Shown one piece after another: positions 1 through 12,969 of a stretch of 64,000 bases of DNA. The notes under the pieces were generated by a model, which ran no database searches, was not told the origin of the DNA, and was given only the letters and a program-made list of their open reading frames with translations. This stretch comes from Octopus vulgaris (lineage: Eukaryota): positions 17,236,001-17,300,000 of the forward strand of contig OX597828.1 in the NCBI GenBank assembly GCA_951406725.2, in the 5' to 3' direction. How positions within the stretch are numbered: position 1 is the first letter of the stretch; the number at the start of each line of letters is the position of its first letter. The position numbers and the translations under genes are program-made.

Positions 1-589
1 CAATCAATCGTGTGATACATCCACTGCTTCCAATTCTATTCACCTCAAATGTTACATCCCATAACTTCTGTAAACGTCTCCCTATCGAAATCTAGGTGAA
101 CAGTAAACATACAACTTCACCCTTGCCACATACAGCAAACATTATAATTATTTGCCTTCTCTTACAGTAGAACCATCACAATCCTAGGCGAATCGAATAT
201 ATCTCTAAATTTCATAGATGGTATCACCTACACCCCACTAGCTGGCCAAAATGTCAGCCATTATTTTAAATTTTATCTTTATTGTTTACTGTAGCTAGAG
301 GTAAAACTGCTCAGGTGTTGACAGAGTGTTTTAGGAGGAAATTTAATGTACGTCGGAAGGCAACAACTCCAGATTACTTAGGTTTGTTGCCCACAACTTC
401 AATTCTTCTTATCACATTCATCTGCATATCAGCCAGTGTGAGATTACGCAACATGGTGCATTTTCGTTTCTTGTTTTTCAATAACGGATAATCTTCGATT
501 ATAATACGGTTTCCCTATCGGTGTGAATAATTATAACCAGACGCAAACACACACACACACACACACGCGCGCGCGCGCACACACATTGA

Positions 590-1430
590 TCACGCCTGCA
601 AGTGAATTTTACCCTGCAGCCTCGTGTCTACCCATACACTTGAACAGATTCGCCGTCCATCCACCATCCAGCATCCGCCTGTAAATGGATGCTACAATGT
701 GTTGTTCATAATACTCATATGATATAATGCCTTCCTTAAACCACGACATATTCACCCCCTTCTCACTGTTACACAAACGCAAACTCGCAGACAGACACGC
801 AAGAAGCGTCCTTGACGAATTGTTCCACACGAGAGCATACATGTACACATGTATACATCATATCACACACGTTGTCAATCTCACAATACTCACGCACTCT
901 TCTGGAGAAATCTCCTATACACGCAAATTCCCCTTCTTTGAAACCTTTCTCACAGCCAAGTAAAAAATATCACACTTCACTTACATGAACCATTCTGTCT
1001 CTTTAGAGAAACACAAACAAACGTTCTGGTATAATGATGTTCACGAATTCGACTCCCTCTTCGATGAAAAATGTAAAGAAATTTCATTCGCACTTGACTT
1101 CTCTTCATTAAAGCATATCACACTTGCTCTGCTTAGTTTCATTAGCGGGTGCTCAGTATTTTAAAATCAAAAATAGCATCTTTGAACTCACTTCTTGCTT
1201 CACGTATTGTGTCTCTGACCCAATATCGTATTGTTTTTTCTATCAAATATTTGCTTTCTTTACTTACTCCGTCGATCTTGACAACGGCTAAATATCCGAA
1301 ACGTTGAACATTTCTCCTTTCATTTCTTCTTCAGTATAATTGCGTAGGTTTCATATTCATGGTCTTTGGTTGCTTTCATGTTATTGTTTACTTTTTGGTT
1401 TTGCTTTGTTCGTCTCTTGCATATAAGTCG
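590..1430 (+). mobile_element. Probable decayed 3' fragment of a Penelope-like element (GIY-YIG remnant plus terminal hammerhead-like motif)
   Basis: Starts right after a (CA)n tract. ORF 727-963 contains RKLADRHARSVLDE, resembling the GRRLxDRFxEHLRDI segment of PLE GIY-YIG endonucleases. A hammerhead-like TTGACAA...GAAACGTT lies at 1278-1305. Protein similarity is weak. Confidence 0.4.
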
Positions 1431-3491
1431 ACTATAATTGCTATTACAAAACGAATAATGAATGCAGCCGTTTTCCATCGCGACTAGATTCAGAGAAATT
1501 AGTACTTAAGATTCTCGTATAAAATTTTGGGGAGATCAACGTCTAATCCCGACCTCGTTGTTCGGCGGGTGAAGGATCGCTAGGTAATTCTGCACTGCAA
1601 TGCTTTCCTTTTTGAACCTATCATATTTGAAACAGCCAGAATTTTGGGAGCTCGAACCACCTTCCAACTTAACCTGGTACGGATAGGGAATACCACAAGA
1701 GTGAATCTCTACGAGATTGTACGTCTTTCAATGCATCTCCTTCAATATTGTCCGTGGTAACACATTCACCATTTATCTAACGATATTAAGAATGACTTGC
1801 ATGATCCGCTGAAATATATTTCCCAGGAAATTTGTCAGAGTTTGAATAATTACCATTTGTTTACTTCAAGAATTCTATCATTCCGTTTAAGTTTGTATCA
1901 AAAACAAAAGACAGGAAGCAAAAAGAAGAAACGAAAAACCCACGAAACTGCTTATTAAAAATCTGATAACAACATTATATCGCTTACACAGAAGCTGTGA
2001 CAGGAATCCTGATAGATGGTAATGATTTGATTCTTTGCTGACTTAAAATACTTTCATGAGAATATTTCGGTATTAGACTAAACCAGCGTAAGAACAAGCT
2101 CGTTAAAATCCGAAGAGTGATTTGTCTTATGGAAAACAATGACTGCAAGCAAAGCTGATCTTAATAAGATGACGGGAATAATATTTGAGTGGCGTGTTTT
2201 TAGTAAGTTTTAATAGGTTTTTAAAAGAAACTCATATAAATGAGTTGCTATCAGCGTCAATGTATTTAGTGTTGAAGAGAATGTGAAATGTAGTTGTATA
2301 TTGTTTCGCAGCACGTTGAATACATTGGGATTGTATGTGACAACATAACTCAGTTGAGAAAATGGCGTCGGAGATTAAAAAGAATTTGGTTCGGATAAAT
2401 TTAGCACGCAATTTGCGTTTAGCATGTTATTTAACAGATATGTTAACGAAAGGAAAGATGTTAATATCTTCCTTCGATGGATGTATTTATGGTTTTCGTG
2501 ATGGTTGATCTGACGTGTTTGCGTGCTTTGAGGCAAATATCTTTCTTACTTGTTCATGTGTTTGCTTGTCCATATTTAGAAGACACTTATTTTCGGTAAT
2601 TGCAGATATATAGTGGCTGGTAAATCAATTTACTTGTGTAAGTCCCGAGAGGGCAAGAGTGAGAGAGAGAGAGAGAGAGATGGAGAGAGAAAGAAAGAAA
2701 GAGAGAAGGTGAGAAGAGAAAACGAAAATAAAATAAAATAGAGTGAAAGAAACTAGCGGTGAAGGGAAAGGTGATATAAAGTAATGTAAATGAAGAAAGC
2801 ATTTTAAAGTATGGAGATGGCTGAAGTTTGGTAAAAGATATATGGATCACTTTAGTTTCCGAAATAGAAGAATCTAAAACGGTAAGGGAATAGGACTGAA
2901 AAGAAACAAGGGAAATTAACTGGGTTTCATAGGAGCCCTTCAAGCTTTGACTTTGATTGGACATCATTTATCTCTCCTGAATGTAAGAAATTTCGAATGA
3001 TGAAGTTTTATTTTTATATTATCGTCCTACTGGTCTCGGTCATTGGATGACGGCCATGCTGTGGCATCGTACTAAACAATATGAGGTGTTCCCATTGGCT
3101 ATAGTACTTATTTCCTCGTGATGCTATTTTTCAATGTCTTTTCATCCGCTAATATGTATGACTGTGTATGTATAAGAGTAAATGTGTGTATTGATGTGTG
3201 TATTTGTGTGAGTATGTGTATGAGTGTATTTGTGTGTGTGTATTTGTGTGTCAATGTGTTTATGCGTGTTTGTGCGTATGTGCGTGTTTGTGTGAAAGTG
3301 TATGTGAAACTCCAGTGTACTTACATTTTACCCGTATCAAATGCTTCTGGCCAATATTACGTCGAACTTAGAACAGAGTAGAAAACATTTGTCAATCAGC
3401 CTTCGTAGCAAACTGGTTAACAACAGAGTCGTCCTAACTGATCATATCTAATATAGATTAACAAGGAATAATAACATACTTGAATGTGAAA

Positions 3492-3697
3492 GGCGGTGAG
3501 GTTGCAGAATCGGTAACACGCTGGGAAAAAACGATCAGAAGCATTTCGTCCGTCTTTGCATACTGACTTCCGCGGTCGAACTTGGCATTCATTCTTTCAG
3601 AATCGATAAAATAAGTACTTGGTTGATAACAGGGTCGATGTAATCGACTTCTCCCCACCTCCGAATTGGTGGCCCTGTGCCAAAATGTGAAACCAAT
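3492..3697 (+). mobile_element. tRNA-derived SINE, family B (GGCGGCGAGCTGGCAGAATCGTTAGC type)
   Basis: Same head and body (ggtcgaacttggcattcattcttt...gataaaataagtac...gtcgatgtaatcgactt) as the many copies at 43983-47410. Confidence 0.8.
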
Positions 3698-3733
3698 ATC
3701 ATTTAATGTAAATATCATCAATAATATCTTTTA

Positions 3734-4147
3734 GGCGCAGGAGCGGCTGTGTGGTAAGTAGCTTACTTTTCAACCACACGGTTTCGGGTTCAGACCCACT
3801 GCGAGGTACATGGGCATGTGTCTTCTACTATAGCCTCGGGTCGACCAAAGCCTTGAGTGGATTTGGTAGACGGAAACTGAAAGAAGCTCGCCTTATATAT
3901 GTATATATATATCTATTTCCGTGTGTGTATATGTTTGTGTGTCTGTGTTTGTCCTCTCAACATCGCATGACAACCGATGCTGGTGTGTTTACGTCCAATT
4001 AACTTAGCGCTTCGGCAAAAGAGACCGATATAATAAGTACTCGGCTTCCAAAGAATAAGTTCTGGGGTCGATTTGCTCGACTAAAAGGCGGTGCTCCAAC
4101 ATGGCCACAGCCAACTGAGTGAAACAAGAAAAAAGAGTAAAAGAGTA
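3734..4147 (+). mobile_element. tRNA-derived SINE, family A (GGCGCAGGAGTGGCTGTGTGGTAAG type, internal microsatellite)
   Basis: A-box-like GGCTGTGTGG and B-box-like GGTTCAGACCC, an internal (TA)/(TG) tract, and tail GGCGGTGCTCCAACATGGCCACAG...AAAAGAGT. More than 10 copies or fragments in the window. Confidence 0.9.
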
Positions 4148-5131
4148 TACGAAACATGTGTAGTAATGATAGTACCAACACTGTTTGTTACTCACACAAG
4201 AGTGGCGCTGATTCTGATTGACTTCTGCATGAAGACTGACAACGTTTGGTAGAATATTCAATGTTTGGTAGAATAACGAGAGGATTAATCAGAATACGCT
4301 CCACCGTTTTCATTGTAGTGTTTTATTAAACTAATGTAAATCATATTCAAAATGAAATCTTTTTCTCGTTGAATTTCTAAAAGCAAACCGATATCAACGT
4401 AAACATGTAAAGAAAGGAGAGAAAAAATAAAGTCTATGTAATTGAATGCTCACAGCCTTGCTTTCTTTTCTTCTCCATAATCCGAACTATTCTGATTAGT
4501 AGTCATAGAAAATTGTTACTGCTCTATCTCCGTACACGGGATACGAGATTTAGTTTGGATTAAAGAGTTAACAACGTATAACTTGGAATTATAAATAAAG
4601 TGGATGAAATCTGAAGCAATCAGTAAAATTAACATGGAAATGAAGAACTTCAGTTTAACACAGCAGAAACAGTTGGAATGACAATGTTTTTTTCTTCTTT
4701 TCGCGTACTTTCCTTCTTATTATTAGCATATGTTTCTTTTATATTAGTATTATTTTTAAAACTTCATTTATTAATTGAATGTTTCTAACGTATATGCATA
4801 CTTATTTAGTCTAAAGTGAGTGACAAGTGAAAGAGTCTCTTTTGACAGCGAATCTTAGCTATTTACGAAATGAATGCTATTTTCAGTAACACTTGGGAGC
4901 ATTTACACTACGTATCATCTGAAATATAACTGAATGGATGCTTGTTTTTTATTTTATTTTATTTTTTGCAACAACATGATTAAATTATCAATATTAAAGA
5001 TAAAAATGAATAACCTTATTAATTGTTTCTTTGTCAAAATTGTAGGCCTCGATATACTAAAATGTAACAAAGTTTTCTTGTAATTGGAATTTACACTTTT
5101 GATGGTGTTGCTGTCGTTGTCGTCGTCGTCT

Positions 5132-5810
5132 TTGTTGTTGTTATTCGGCCTCAAGATATATTTGACTGCGTTAGCAGAGCCTATGATCAAAGGATTTTCT
5201 GCTGTAAATGTTTTTGATACAGTCGAGTAAATATAGGGCTACATTATCCAATGAGATTTTCGCTTTGTAATAAGATGGGGAGGGCCATGGGATTTCAGGG
5301 TGGACTTTTTTGTTGCTAGTTTTAGCAGGTGGCGTGGATCTTTTCGGTTTGAACGGCAGTTTTAAAAAATAATTTCCACGTAACTAAACACTTTTCAACT
5401 TCGTATACTGGTAGAATGTGTTTATAAAACATCTTTTTCTTTTGGCTTTATTGAGAAAATTCTATAGTATGTAAGATATTTGTTGTTTTTTTTCTTTTCA
5501 ATTTCTGAAATTTGAACCAATCAATGACGTCTATTGAGGTGAAAACATTCTGTGCTGAATGAATATGTCCCTCGTTTAAGAAACAGATTGGGTTTATTTA
5601 CATTTCTGAAGACAAAAAGATACCCTTTCCCCCACCCCTAACCCTAACTAACCCTAACAAACCCTAACCCTAAAACAGATTGAAATGCAATAGGTCGATA
5701 CTAGGGTCATATTTATGGGTGATAATTTCATATGACACCGCTAGAAAAAACTGCCGTTCAATCCGAAAAGATCCGGTGGGGTTACCATGTATAGAATCCA
5801 TCATTGGCTC
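5132..5810 (-). mobile_element. Old SINE-like repeat, family D (ACA tail), interrupted by the MITE at 5336-5774
   Basis: Motifs cctatgatcaaagg, ctacattatccaatg and ttagcagg...ttggctc recur in degenerate form near 37310-37720, 48090-48315 and 56260-56420. The sequence resumes after the MITE. Confidence 0.55.
5336..5774. mobile_element. Non-autonomous DNA transposon (MITE), Merlin-like, 28-bp TIRs, 8-bp TSD
   Basis: Left TIR GGATCTTTTCGGTTTGAACGGCAGTTTT (5336-5363) and right TIR AAAACTGCCGTTCAATCCGAAAAGATCC (5747-5774) differ by 1 mismatch. Flanks are GGTGGCGT (5328-5335) and GGTGGGGT (5775-5782). The superfamily is inferred from the 5'-GG termini plus 8-bp TSD. Confidence 0.85.
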
Positions 5811-6139
5811 ATCAGTAGTGATCCGAAGTAGAAGCCTTTGTTGTAGTTCTTGTTTTGCCCTACGTTAACCTGATCCACCAGGTCTTCGGCCCAAATTTCC
5901 TAATTTCTCTCGTGGAAATCTCTTAGGGACACATATATCAATACGTTCATTTGATAAGACAGTAAGATTTCACATGAGGAACACTATACTGCCCGGATTA
6001 GCAAGTTGTGTGAATCCAAGCAAGTTCCCATCGGTGGCATTGTTGATATTAATTCATTGGGATTAAGTGGTACATCTTTGCAATTCCTGACCAATGGCGC
6101 ACTTCCACTCTCTATTTCTGGCCTCCCCCATCTCTCTTC

Positions 6140-6165
6140 CGCTCTCTCTCTCTCCCTCCTCTCTC

Positions 6166-6241
<76 letters not shown>

Positions 6242-6377
6242 CCTATCTATCTTCCTGCGGCCTTGTAAATGAACTGTGCTTCACACCTGGTACACATGCA
6301 CACACACACACACGCATATATACACGCACACACATATATACAAGCTTAAATATGTATATATATAAATGTGTATATTT

Positions 6378-6409
<32 letters not shown>

Positions 6410-6412
6410 TAT

Positions 6413-6500
<88 letters not shown>
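6140..6500. repeat. Compound microsatellite (CT)/(TATC)/(CA)/(TA)
   Basis: Directly visible simple repeats. Confidence 0.95.
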
Positions 6501-6503
<3 letters not shown>

Positions 6504-7605
6504 TTAGGTATGTTTCGACCAAAGATTGGTCCATGCCATGTCTAACTTAAAAGCACCACCTGATAGGATTATTCGAAACCTGTTTAAGTCAAGTTTTGTT
6601 AATGGTCCATTCAAGTAGTGAGTTTTTGCTGGGTGAGTTGTATCCAATTATGGGTGGCTTATCTGGTATTCTTTGAAGGAATCTATCCAGACTCCGTTTA
6701 AAGTTGATGGGATCCTTTTCCTCTTTGATCTCTTTCGGGACAATGATAAATAGGGCAGGGCCTGTTGAGGAAAAGAAATTATGTTGCAGTGTACATGTAT
6801 GCTGTGATCTTGAATTGGGCAGGGGACGTATGGCCCGTAGTCCCAGTCTTGGATGAACCTTGAAGCTAATGTTCAGGTCGTTTGGGCAGAGTTGGTGGTA
6901 TATTCTCCACATCGTACAAATGATGTACCGCTCACGGCGACGCTGGAGAGAGTAGAGTTTCAAGGCTTTAAGGCGATCCCAATAATCGAGAGCAGCCATG
7001 CCTTCAATTCGTTTAGTGAGTGCCCTCTGGGGTGATTCAATCCTCGAGATGTTTTGTCTTGTATGGGGAGACCACAGTGAGCAGCAGTATTCGAGGTGTG
7101 GCCGTACAAAGGAGGGGAAAAGTGGTATGATGACACCTTGTTTTCTGGACCAGAAAGTTCTTAAGATCGAGGAACTCATCCTACGAGTTATATCAACCTT
7201 CTTCTTGATGTGTGCACTCCAACTGAGATCGTCATCAACAATTACACCCAGGTCTCTGATATTGTTAGAGGCTGTGAGCGGTTCCCCTGAAGGAAGAGAG
7301 TATGGCTGCTTTAGTGAGGAATTTCTTCCAAAATGCATCAGCTCAAATTTTCCCTCGTTCAGTTGCATTTTGTTTCTGTCTGCCCATTGACTCACAGCAT
7401 ATAGATCAGACTGGAGTTGAGTTCGGTCTGCTTCTTCATTGACGATTTGCTGGAGCTTAGTGTCATCAGCAAATATTTTCACTTTGCAGTAATGTACGAC
7501 ACTGGAAAGGTCGCTTACGTAAATTATTAAGAGTAGCGGACCCAAGACAGTCCCCTGGGGGACACCGCTGGTGACTTTTGCTGGGCTTGAGGGGACTCCA
7601 TCAAC
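6500..7605 (-). mobile_element. 5'-truncated CR1/L2-group LINE with C-terminal reverse transcriptase ORF (6589-7605) and 3' UTR
   Basis: The frame is open from VDGVPSSPAKVTSGVPQGTVLGPLL through IFADDTKL, IRDLGVIVD, VRPHLEYC..LWSPH and LKLYSLQRRRERY to the stop at 6589. These are classic CR1-group RT motifs. Both ends abut (TA)n. Confidence 0.93.
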
Positions 7606-7742
7606 TTATATATATATAAACAAGCCCGAAGTGTGTGTGTGAAAGTCTTGAGTCTAAAAAGAAAAGAAAGCATTGTACAAGACTTCAAGGCTCAAAGGCC
7701 ATGAAGGCTCAAAACTTTTCATACACCCTTCGAATATGTATA

Positions 7743-7779
<37 letters not shown>

Positions 7780-7780
7780 C

Positions 7781-8100
7781 AGTGGTTAGAGCGCGGAACT
7801 TACGACCGTGTGTTTGTGAGTTCGATTCCCGGACCGGGCTGCGTGTTGTGTTCTTGAGCAAGACACTTTATTTCATGTTGCTCCAGTTCACTCAGCTGTA
7901 GAAATGAGTTGCGACCTCACTGGTGCCAAGCTGTAACGGCTCCTTTGCCTTTCTCTTGGATAACATCGGTGGTGTGGAAAGGGAAGGCAGGTATGCATGG
8001 ACGACTACTGGTCTTCTATAAACAAAATTGCCCGGACATGTACCTCGGAGGGTAACTTTCTAGGGGCAATCACATGGTCATTCGTGACCGAAGTGGGTCT
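7781..8100 (+). mobile_element. tRNA-derived SINE, family C (CORE/Meta-like middle, RTE-related tail)
   Basis: AGTGGTTAGAGCG...GAGTTCGATTCC head, middle gttgtgttcttgagcaagacact...ctccagttcactcagctg, tail ...gaccgaagtgggtc. Homologous to copies at 27085-27390 and 29750-30044. Confidence 0.85.
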
Positions 8101-8144
8101 CTCCAAACAGATCACTCACACACATACACATATGTACGTATATA

Positions 8145-8347
8145 CGAGGGGCGGAGCAAACTGCCTGACTTTGGTGAAAGAAAATATAGGAGAATCACTT
8201 GATTATGTTTTTATCCAACATATTCCCCTCTTAGATTATCACACTTACTGCAGCCGACCTTCAGTTTCTGTAAGATTTGTAAAAGAACTCGGAATACTGG
8301 GCCTTTCGCGATATCTTTAAAGTCAGGAACTCTTCAGGTTACCCTCG
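8145..8347. mobile_element. Mariner-type MITE
   Basis: Termini TA|CGAGGG...CCCTCG|TA with TA TSD. A related copy in the opposite orientation lies at 24419-24603. Confidence 0.8.
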
Positions 8348-8401
8348 TATATGTGTGTATACATTTAAACATTTTTGTATGTATGTGTGCATATATATCG
8401 G

Positions 8402-8445
<44 letters not shown>

Positions 8446-8447
<2 letters not shown>

Positions 8448-8607
8448 CGCAGACGTGGCTCTGTTGTAAAAAGCATGTTCTTCAAGCACATAATTCCGGC
8501 TTCAGTCCCTGTGTTTGGCACCTTGGGCAAGTGTGTTCTACTATAAACTCTGGCCGAACAAAGTCTTATGAGTGGAATTGGTAGATGGAAACTGAAAAAA
8601 ACCCGTT
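8446..8607 (+). mobile_element. SINE family A, 5' half
   Basis: Head matches 3734 and ends in the internal (CA)n tract. Confidence 0.8.
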
Positions 8608-8633
8608 GTATACACACACTCTCACACGCACGC

Positions 8634-8742
<109 letters not shown>

Positions 8743-8749
8743 CATATAT

Positions 8750-9036
<287 letters not shown>

Positions 9037-9519
9037 AATATAAATGTATGTGTCTTTGTGTGTGCGAGTACTGATCTATACATATAGAAACAACTTTGAC
9101 TTCGCATATTCACTTCTTGGACTTATTAGTTTCTTTCTAACTGCTTTTAACATTTTATTCAAGAACCAACGTCAATAATTTGTGGTATTTAACAAGCGTC
9201 TTGTTCCATACGTGTAGTTCTGGTATGGTCTATCTAGATACACTTTGGGTGGTGTATTCGGATGCAGTGAGTACTTTTCTCGTTTTCCTATCTTGTTTCA
9301 TCAACTCATTTAACTTCTAATTCATTATGATAAACTTTAAATGTACAACTGAGAAACATAGATTGTTTACAGATATTTATTTACATCACGTTCTGTTATA
9401 CATTTTCTTTTTTTGCTTTTGTTTTTCTTCTTTTTGCTTCAGTTTTGTGTTGTACATTCTCACTTTCATCTTCGTCTCTGTACCTTTTGGGGGTAACTTG
9501 GATCTAATTCTCACATTTC

Positions 9520-11330
9520 AATACGTCTAAATGTAACTTAATGTTTTCAGTTTCAATGTGTTTATCTCTTAGGATAGTATTGATACATTTGTCACAATCC
9601 ATAATTATTTACATCTCACAGCTGAACTTATATGAAATTTTAATATGTTCCCCAGATGCGATATATCAATAGTTTTATATAACCCATATAGAGGAAATGA
9701 TTTGAAATTTACCCACGGCTTCTGTGTTTATTGATGGTTTCCGTTGGAAGATGTTGTCATGGTGCCAGGACTAAATAGAATTGCAGGCAGGGTAATGTGT
9801 CTCCATGAAAATTCCTCTACTTGTGGGGATAAAGCTTGTTTCCTCTTTAATCTCGCCTTGTCGTAATATTGTCGTTTTCCATTTCAACAAGACATGGTTG
9901 ATACATTCTCTTAGCACTGGGGCCGATATATTTGTATATAGCGTATCAGATATCAGTGATATTACTTATCATATGATGTTCGTAATGAATTTGTTCACAG
10001 ACTGCTGTTTTTGCAGGACCAGAAAGCCATCTGATCTTTCCTTCACGACCATAGATCCCTCACCGACCGCCCCCCCCATTCTGATACTCTCTTCACAAAC
10101 ATACGATAATGTTTAACACTCCCTTTTCTGGTCTTCGCTTCCAAACCATGTATCCATCTCCAGCACCCCTTTCTGGTCCTTTCCTCACAACTGCAAATTC
10201 ATCACCAACACCCCTTTTTGGTCCCCTTCTTCGCAACCATGAATCCATCTCTGGCACGAGTTTCCGCTCATCTGCTTTCCGGACGAGTAGCCAAACTATT
10301 GGCAACCATAGACGGCAGGAGTTTGTGCAATGTTGATAAACGCCTATTGATTTATGTCTAGTTGGGTTTCTCTTTTCTCTCGGATCTGGGATGTGTATAA
10401 GATAACATTGTTTTTCTCTCTATTAACCAGTCAGATGTTGATTCCAATCTATTCAATAATTCATTGAGTGTTGTTTCTACAGCTTCACGTAAACTGTTTA
10501 AGTATTTTAGCCAGAAACTGTAAACTTTATCAAGTCCACAATCTTTCCAGCTATTGGAAGTTTTTATTGAATTATTAAAATTCCCGATAGTTAAGGTGGA
10601 CCATACCTAACATTATTTTTCTCTCTTGCTTTCATGAACCGTTTCACCCATTCCGATCTCTGATTGGTACTGTATGTTTTTCCTTCTATATATTTTAAGT
10701 ATATATTCGAACTCCTATTGATATTACTGTGTCAGTCATATATGTGTTATAAATCTATTATTTTCAACAAAATTTTCAAGCATTTATTTTAAATAATTCA
10801 TGAAATAAGTGCTCGCGTATTCCATACATTTTATGCAGCATAACATTGGGGGAAATGAGATAACTGTTCTATATAACCAGTGTTGTCCTTTATATTCTAT
10901 TATAGTTTTCTTTCTGAATATGAAAATATGTAAATATTTAGTTGGTTGTTCGGTTGCTTAGTTCGTTTCTTCTTCATCTCATACACCTCACTTTCTATTT
11001 CACTGAATAACGAAAGGTTTTTCCATATTCTGTATAATACCTATTCCTTCCCACTGTTTCATATTTTTATGCTTGACTAATGATCAAATTTTAGGATCGA
11101 ATCCAATATCCTTCAATAACTCACATGGATACTGAATAAATTAGGTCATTTATTCTATTGATGTTCGGATTTGTTTCTGTGGAAAGAAATTTCTTGGAGG
11201 CCTTTGCTTGAAATCTAGTTATTATTTCCACAAGATATTTGTTTATTCGTAGCCTGGGGAGGTGTATCTTGTTGATCCATATTTATTGATTTTCTTATCG
11301 ATATTTCATCTTATATTTTCTTTGCTGTTT
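9520..11330 (-). pseudogene. Decayed R4/Dong-clade non-LTR retrotransposon reverse transcriptase
   Basis: Minus-strand translations give NSWKDCGLDKVYSFWLKYLNSL...DWLIERKTML (~10400-10565; compare WKAPGPDxIxxFWLK...WLTxGRT), WKTT...IPTSRGIF/GDTL, NHFLYMGYIKL (compare NHLLYMDDLKL) and RINDLIYSVS. Many stops and frameshifts. Confidence 0.75.
10045..10260. repeat. Degenerate ~45-bp minisatellite inside the R4/Dong relic
   Basis: Recurring accatg.atccatctc...cacccctt(t/c)tggtcc...c(a/g)ca units. Confidence 0.6.
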
Positions 11331-11529
11331 CTGATAGATTGTCTTCCTTGTGAACTGTGATTAATCAGTTGTGATGTGTTTAGATTCGCTTTATTGTTAT
11401 GTGCAAGGTCGAGAGTATATTTTTTTGCTGTGGCTGGCTGGCTGGATAGGTGGATGGATGGGTGGATGGATGGTTGGGTGTCTGGCTGGCAGGCTGGTTG
11501 TTTGCTTAGAAGCTGCCACAAGGGAAATT

Positions 11530-11808
11530 TAACCACAACGATGACGGTGACGACGACGACGATAAGAACCACCACTGAAACCACAAACACCACCTCCACC
11601 TCCACCACCACCACCACCACTATCACCACCACCACCAGCAACAACAACAACACCATCACCGTCATCTCCATAATGATCATCCCACACTTCACCAACAAAA
11701 CCTCGACTACCGCTATCGCCATCATCTCGAGCTACACCACCATCATAAGAACAGCACAACTACCATCATCATCATCATCATCATCTTCCTTAGCATCATG
11801 ATTATCAC

Positions 11809-11844
<36 letters not shown>

Positions 11845-12201
11845 TATCATCATCGTCCTCATCATCGTCATCGTCATCACCGTGATCGTCATCATTTCAG
11901 TCATTTCTACAACCAACACAATGGCAACCACCACCACCATTACATTCCTCCAACTAGTGCTCATCATCATTATCATCATCATCACCATCACCACCCTCTT
12001 CACTATCTTTCCTGCCTCTTGCTACACCAACTTCCCCTCCTCTCCCCCTCCTTCCCCTCCTCGTCATCATCATCCTCATCATCACGGTCGTCGACATCAA
12101 CATCATTATCAATCATCATCACCATCCTCATCATCATCGTCGTCGACATCAACATCATTATCAATCATCATCATCATCCTCATCATCATCGTCGTCGTCG
12201 T

Positions 12202-12242
<41 letters not shown>

Positions 12243-12330
12243 GCAACAGCATCATCATCATCGGCTCCATCGAAATTATCACGTACGTTATCCGTATCAT
12301 CTTAATCCTCCTCATTACTGTTTCAACGAC
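11530..12330. repeat. Compound trinucleotide microsatellite block (ACC/ATC/AGC)n
   Basis: Directly visible. It produces the poly-I/T/H/Q pseudo-ORFs. Confidence 0.95.
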
Positions 12331-12531
12331 ATTGATCAAATATTTATTCTATTATATTACGAAGAGCGTTTAATGTGTATATTGTGCAATTATTTGGTGC
12401 ATATATGCTTGAATGTTAGTGCGCGTGTGTGTGTGTGTATTTGCATGTATGTAAGTATGTATATATATGTATGTATATATCTATATCTCTCTCTATATAT
12501 ATATACATACACATATATATATATATATAAA

Positions 12532-12566
<35 letters not shown>

Positions 12567-12585
12567 GTGTGTGTGTGTGTGTGCC

Positions 12586-12895
12586 GAGGCGCAATGGCCG
12601 AGTGGTTAGGGCAGCGGACTCACCGTCGTAGGGATCGCGGTTTCGATTCCCAGACCGGCGTTGTGAGTATTTATTAATCGAAAACACCCAAAGCTCCCCG
12701 AGGCTCCGGCAGGGAGTGGTGGCGATCCCTGCTGTACTCTTTCGCCACAACTTTCTCTCACTCTTTCTTCTGTTGGCCTGCTCGCTTAGCCAGCTGGGTG
12801 GCGTCATTTGGAGGCTAAAACAATGCGAAGTGCATTGTGACCAGCGATATGCAGCAACATCAGATAGCCTGCGCGGTCACGGTGATTATGGTGAT
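12586..12895 (+). mobile_element. tRNA-derived SINE, family E (GAGGCGCAATGGCCGAGTGGTTAGG head)
   Basis: A box TGGCCGAGTGG and B box GTTTCGATTCC. Head and body are shared with 33560-33745 (-). Confidence 0.85.
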
Positions 12896-12903
12896 ATATT
12901 TAT

Positions 12904-12969
<66 letters not shown>

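Noticed and set aside
1-245. Possible decayed LINE endonuclease fragment on the minus strand
   Set aside because: Only a vague GVG-like motif, too degraded to call.
12586-12660. tRNA gene candidate (also at 7781, 33670-33745, 39170-39242, 53104)
   Set aside because: A and B boxes are present, but each continues into a SINE body and lacks a complete cloverleaf.
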